DNA of 64,000 nucleotides from Nitrospirales bacterium (GTDB lineage Bacteria; Nitrospirota; Nitrospiria; Nitrospirales; UBA8639): NCBI GenBank assembly GCA_965203295.1, contig CBDBCZ010000017.1, positions 704,001 to 768,000 of the forward strand, read 5' to 3'. Shown piece by piece: positions 60,497 to 64,000 of this stretch (position 1 is its first letter; each line of letters starts with the position of its first letter). The notes under the pieces were generated by a model. It saw only the letters and a program-made list of their open reading frames with translations, ran no database searches and was not told where the DNA came from. The position numbers and the translations under genes were made by a program.

Positions 60497-63337
60497 TTTG
60501 TTAATCATGTAATTCGTCATCGAAAGGTAGGCGGGGCTTTTACAAGCTCGTCATCACCGACCCATACCTGCGAGAGAGACGAATCTCTATGCCGTTGCTC
60601 TACTAACGTTTCTATGCCCATAGGCCCGGGTTGCATAAATTTCTGGCCAATCAAATTGCTATTACAAATTTTGCACACTTATTGCCCAATAGTATCGCTA
60701 TTTCAGTTTTGCACACTTTTGCGTACAAGAAAACATGATTTGAATACAAGAAAACACAAATACAAGATATATTGCACACTTGTCTATGTAGTTTTAGTAC
60801 AGTACAATAACAAGTACATGATTATATTATTATTTTATGTAGGATGAGAGCATCAGTACACAAACATAAGCTGACCTACAACAGCATGAGAAGCAATTAA
60901 TAGGACACTATTATGTAGTGGACCAAGAAGGCTATATTGAACCGGCTTCCTGGTAAGTAGCTAAGCTGTGTACACATACTTAGCAAGGCACAGGTATATA
61001 CTTCTTCAATGCAAACAAGCTTGTAATACTCACACACTTCATTAGACAGTCTATAGACTGCATACCACACTGCAAAAACTGAAGTAAGAATGACATAGCA
61101 AAGGTAAGAGCCCTGTGGCAAACTAGATACATAGTTCATACCATCTTGCCATAGGAATCATACCTTTGGTGTACATGTGACCTTCCTTTATACTTCAATT
61201 TTTGCAGTGCAAATTTAGCATTCAGTTCTTTGCTCAACTGGGCTTTAGGAGACCTGTGTTCGCTCACGAACCATGCATGGGCAGCTCAAGGGAGCTGGAG
61301 AGTGAGAATAACAAGCTATATGTAGTTCTGGGGTGTGGCTGTGGTGCTAGACTAAGTGCAGTTTGAGAGGTGAGCAAGATCCACATTGTCACACTCCAGT
61401 TTTACGCCTACCTTCGAAGATGTATTATATATCAGAGAAGGTTGGTTCGATCACTCTCAGTCAGATGTTTCATGATCCTGGAGACTTATCACCTCATGCA
61501 CACTCAGGATGTCTGTTTGACATCCAATTTTACAGAGGAGATAATGCTACTATACTAATTTTAAAACAGTCTGGTTTACAAACATATACCACTATCACTC
61601 GCGATCTTACACTGGACGGAAGGGGAAACACAGTCTGGGGATGTATATAAAGCGAGCACAAATGAATCCGAATTGCTAACTGTCTTGCATAGGTGTGAAG
61701 ATGGGGTAAAGTTGAATGCTGTACATACATTTTGATATGTGCCTCCCTATAGCCTTGTGCCCACACCATGTAGTTGATACAGGAAAGAAAAAGTTCACTG
61801 CTAGAAAACAAATCTAGTGGCTGCTGAAAGACACTGTCTAGACACATGACTCCAATAACATGGATATAGCTTATGTCAGTGTCCTGATCATAGCTACATG
61901 CATTATAGAACCATGTCGACAACACAACAAATGGGATGGGAATGGGTGCCATAGCAGCAGTAATGTGAGGTGAGGTGGACCGATGACAGCCTTGACTACA
62001 ATTAAGCTGTGGGTGCTTTCCTCCTTAATTTCAACTATACAGCAAATAAAATTAATAAAGTCTACTTGGAATTGGTGAAGCTTGTTGCACTCTGGGTTAC
62101 AACATGGGAGTGATTTCCAATATAAGTTAAGGTGGCTGGAAATTATTGGAAAAAGGCTTTTGTTGTATAGGAAATGCACATAATTATAATAGTACAATGT
62201 GGAGGAACCGGCTATATACTTTTCTGTCGTTTGACCTTGGGGATTAGACGGAAAATATGCTCCCGAAAGTTTGCTTGACGCTGCATGCTTCACATGCGTG
62301 GTGGGGGTGTACGTGGCTGCTGGTAGTATATATGTCAGCCACGTGTTGTCTGGGGTCATTCCTAGCTTGTGCACATTCGTCACAATCCTAGTCTCTTTGC
62401 CTCCCTCCCCCCCCCCCCCCCCCCCTTTTTCCCCCTCCTCGCCTTCTTGTTGGGGATCGAGCTCATATTTTTCCTTGCATTCATGACTCAGATATATCTG
62501 CCGGCCATATTCTGGACTGGTGGTGTTGCCGTGGACTGCTAGCTTGTATTTTGTTGTCGTTTTTCTTTTGTTGTTTCTTTGGTTGTTTTCCTTGTGTATT
62601 GTCGGTACGGTCAGTCGATAGTATGTCTACCTTGCTGGTTTTTGTTCGGTTTTTTTCCTGAGGTTTTTCTCCTGTACGCGGTTTTTCCTCAGGTTTTTTC
62701 CCTTGGGGGTTTTGTGTTTTGACCCTCTAAATTCTGTGGTCACTCGTTGTATTATGTGTTTGGATTATCAGTTTGGATAACTTTGTCAGTTTAGATAACT
62801 TTGTGGCGTGCACAACAGGCTGTTCTCAAAATGTTTTGTGTCTAGTGGGTGCACGGGGCATGTTTCGGGAGATCTAAAATCAGCTGGGCTGCTATCATAA
62901 CATTAAAAGCTCTTGTTACTACATAACTATTGTTCTCTGTCAAAGCAGTTGCACAGAGAGTCTGGGAACAAGGCTAAGTTAAGCAATTGTTATTGCAGCC
63001 TTTTTGTGTCCCATGATAATACAAGTTAGGGAAAAACATTTTTAGAACATGTGAATGGAATCACAAAAAAGCAACAAAACAAGGAATGATTATACCAAAT
63101 TTCTTATATGGAGTATTACCATCCCTACAGCTCTTCAACGTCATAATACCATCATCCCCTATTAGTAGAGTGACCATTAAAAGATTTACTACATGATAAT
63201 GTCCAAATTAGAGTACATTGTCAGGTGGAAATATGGTGATGTTAGGCGCATTCTGTAAATCGATACTCATTCGTTGCATCATAGATAGTCTACTATCTAT
63301 GGTTGCATATATAATTGTGCTGTGCATTCTATGTAAT

Positions 63338-63458
63338 ATTTATATACCAGTTGGCAGTGCATTACGGAAGGCGAGTGCATTATCCACCCGAGACCATTAC
63401 TTAATTGACCGAGCGCACTAATTTGTCCCGTAATCCACTGCCAACTGGTATATAAAGT
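63338..63458. repeat. Palindromic hairpin element
   Basis: tttatataccagttggcagtgcattacgg ... ccgtaatccactgccaactggtatataaa. Confidence 0.75.
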
Positions 63459-64000
63459 ATTTAGTGCTCTCACTGACGTGAGACAGCCACAGTTTTGTTG
63501 GTCGTTATTTAGAAGTGTGCATTAAGCGATTTAATGCACGGTCATCTGATCGATTTTGAGACTTCTGATTCGTTGAAGGTCACGCGAGTATAGCATTAAA
63601 AATGTGTAATGTCTATGGTGTTACCCTTTCCCTAATTGTAACCCTAGCCCTAATCCTCTAACTCTATAACCTGAAAATCGCCATCATGTGCCACACAATA
63701 ATTAAAACTGCAAATTTACAAAATGCACCCAACAGTTATAATGACACTTCTACATCAAATATTTTCACAACCAAGCCTTACAAAATTAAAACCCATTGTG
63801 CACGGTACATTAATTACTAACAGTATTAAGATAAGCTACATACAGCATCAATATGCACACAATAAAGAGATTCGCAAACGATGTGCTCACTGCTGAGCTG
63901 CCGGTGAAAAGACAGCAGTGGGGCTCAAGGCAGCAGTCATGAGGAGCACATGCCGATAATGGGTCATGACACTCCGGATTCACCTTTGGACAACAATCTA

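Noticed and set aside
60897..62383. Minus-strand ORFs with hydrophobic stretches (possible decayed membrane-protein or ion-channel gene)
   Set aside because: They are fragmented across frames with no consistent splice model or diagnostic motif. A tBLASTn/HMM search is needed before any call.
63890..63981. Possible minus-strand exon at the right edge (AG...GTGAG boundaries)
   Set aside because: It is too short, has no recognisable homology, and no partner exon could be linked within the window.

Overview
Eukaryotic, intron-rich, microsatellite- and MITE-dense genomic DNA. It is most consistent with a non-bilaterian animal, probably a demosponge; this is inferred from gene families and repeat style, not proven. 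Gene models below were spliced by hand. The window holds the 3' part of a large single-exon beta-helix/Cys-rich multi-pass membrane protein, an 11-exon uncharacterised 7TM-like gene, and two tandem paralogues with a divergent HMG box. LYAR and INCENP lie head-to-head across about 230 bp carrying E-box, CCAAT and CHR motifs. A 3-exon, 113-aa type-I membrane microprotein with PPPY and PDZ-binding motifs is invisible in the ORF track and lies head-to-head with STRAP, which has a GC-AG intron. A divergent, intronless gene pair at 54-56 kb encodes a four-repeat (hemopexin-like) plus aerolysin-type beta-pore-forming-like protein and a small protein with a long Gly/Ala hydrophobic hairpin; this pair is the best candidate for an undescribed defence or cytolytic module. 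Recurrent splicing oddities are (CA)n tracts directly abutting 3' splice sites and tandem repeats that multiply splice donors or acceptors. Mobile DNA includes pogo-like elements, a P-like element nested in a palindromic MITE, tRNA-Thr-like repeats and many MITEs. There is no CRISPR array or prokaryotic operon.
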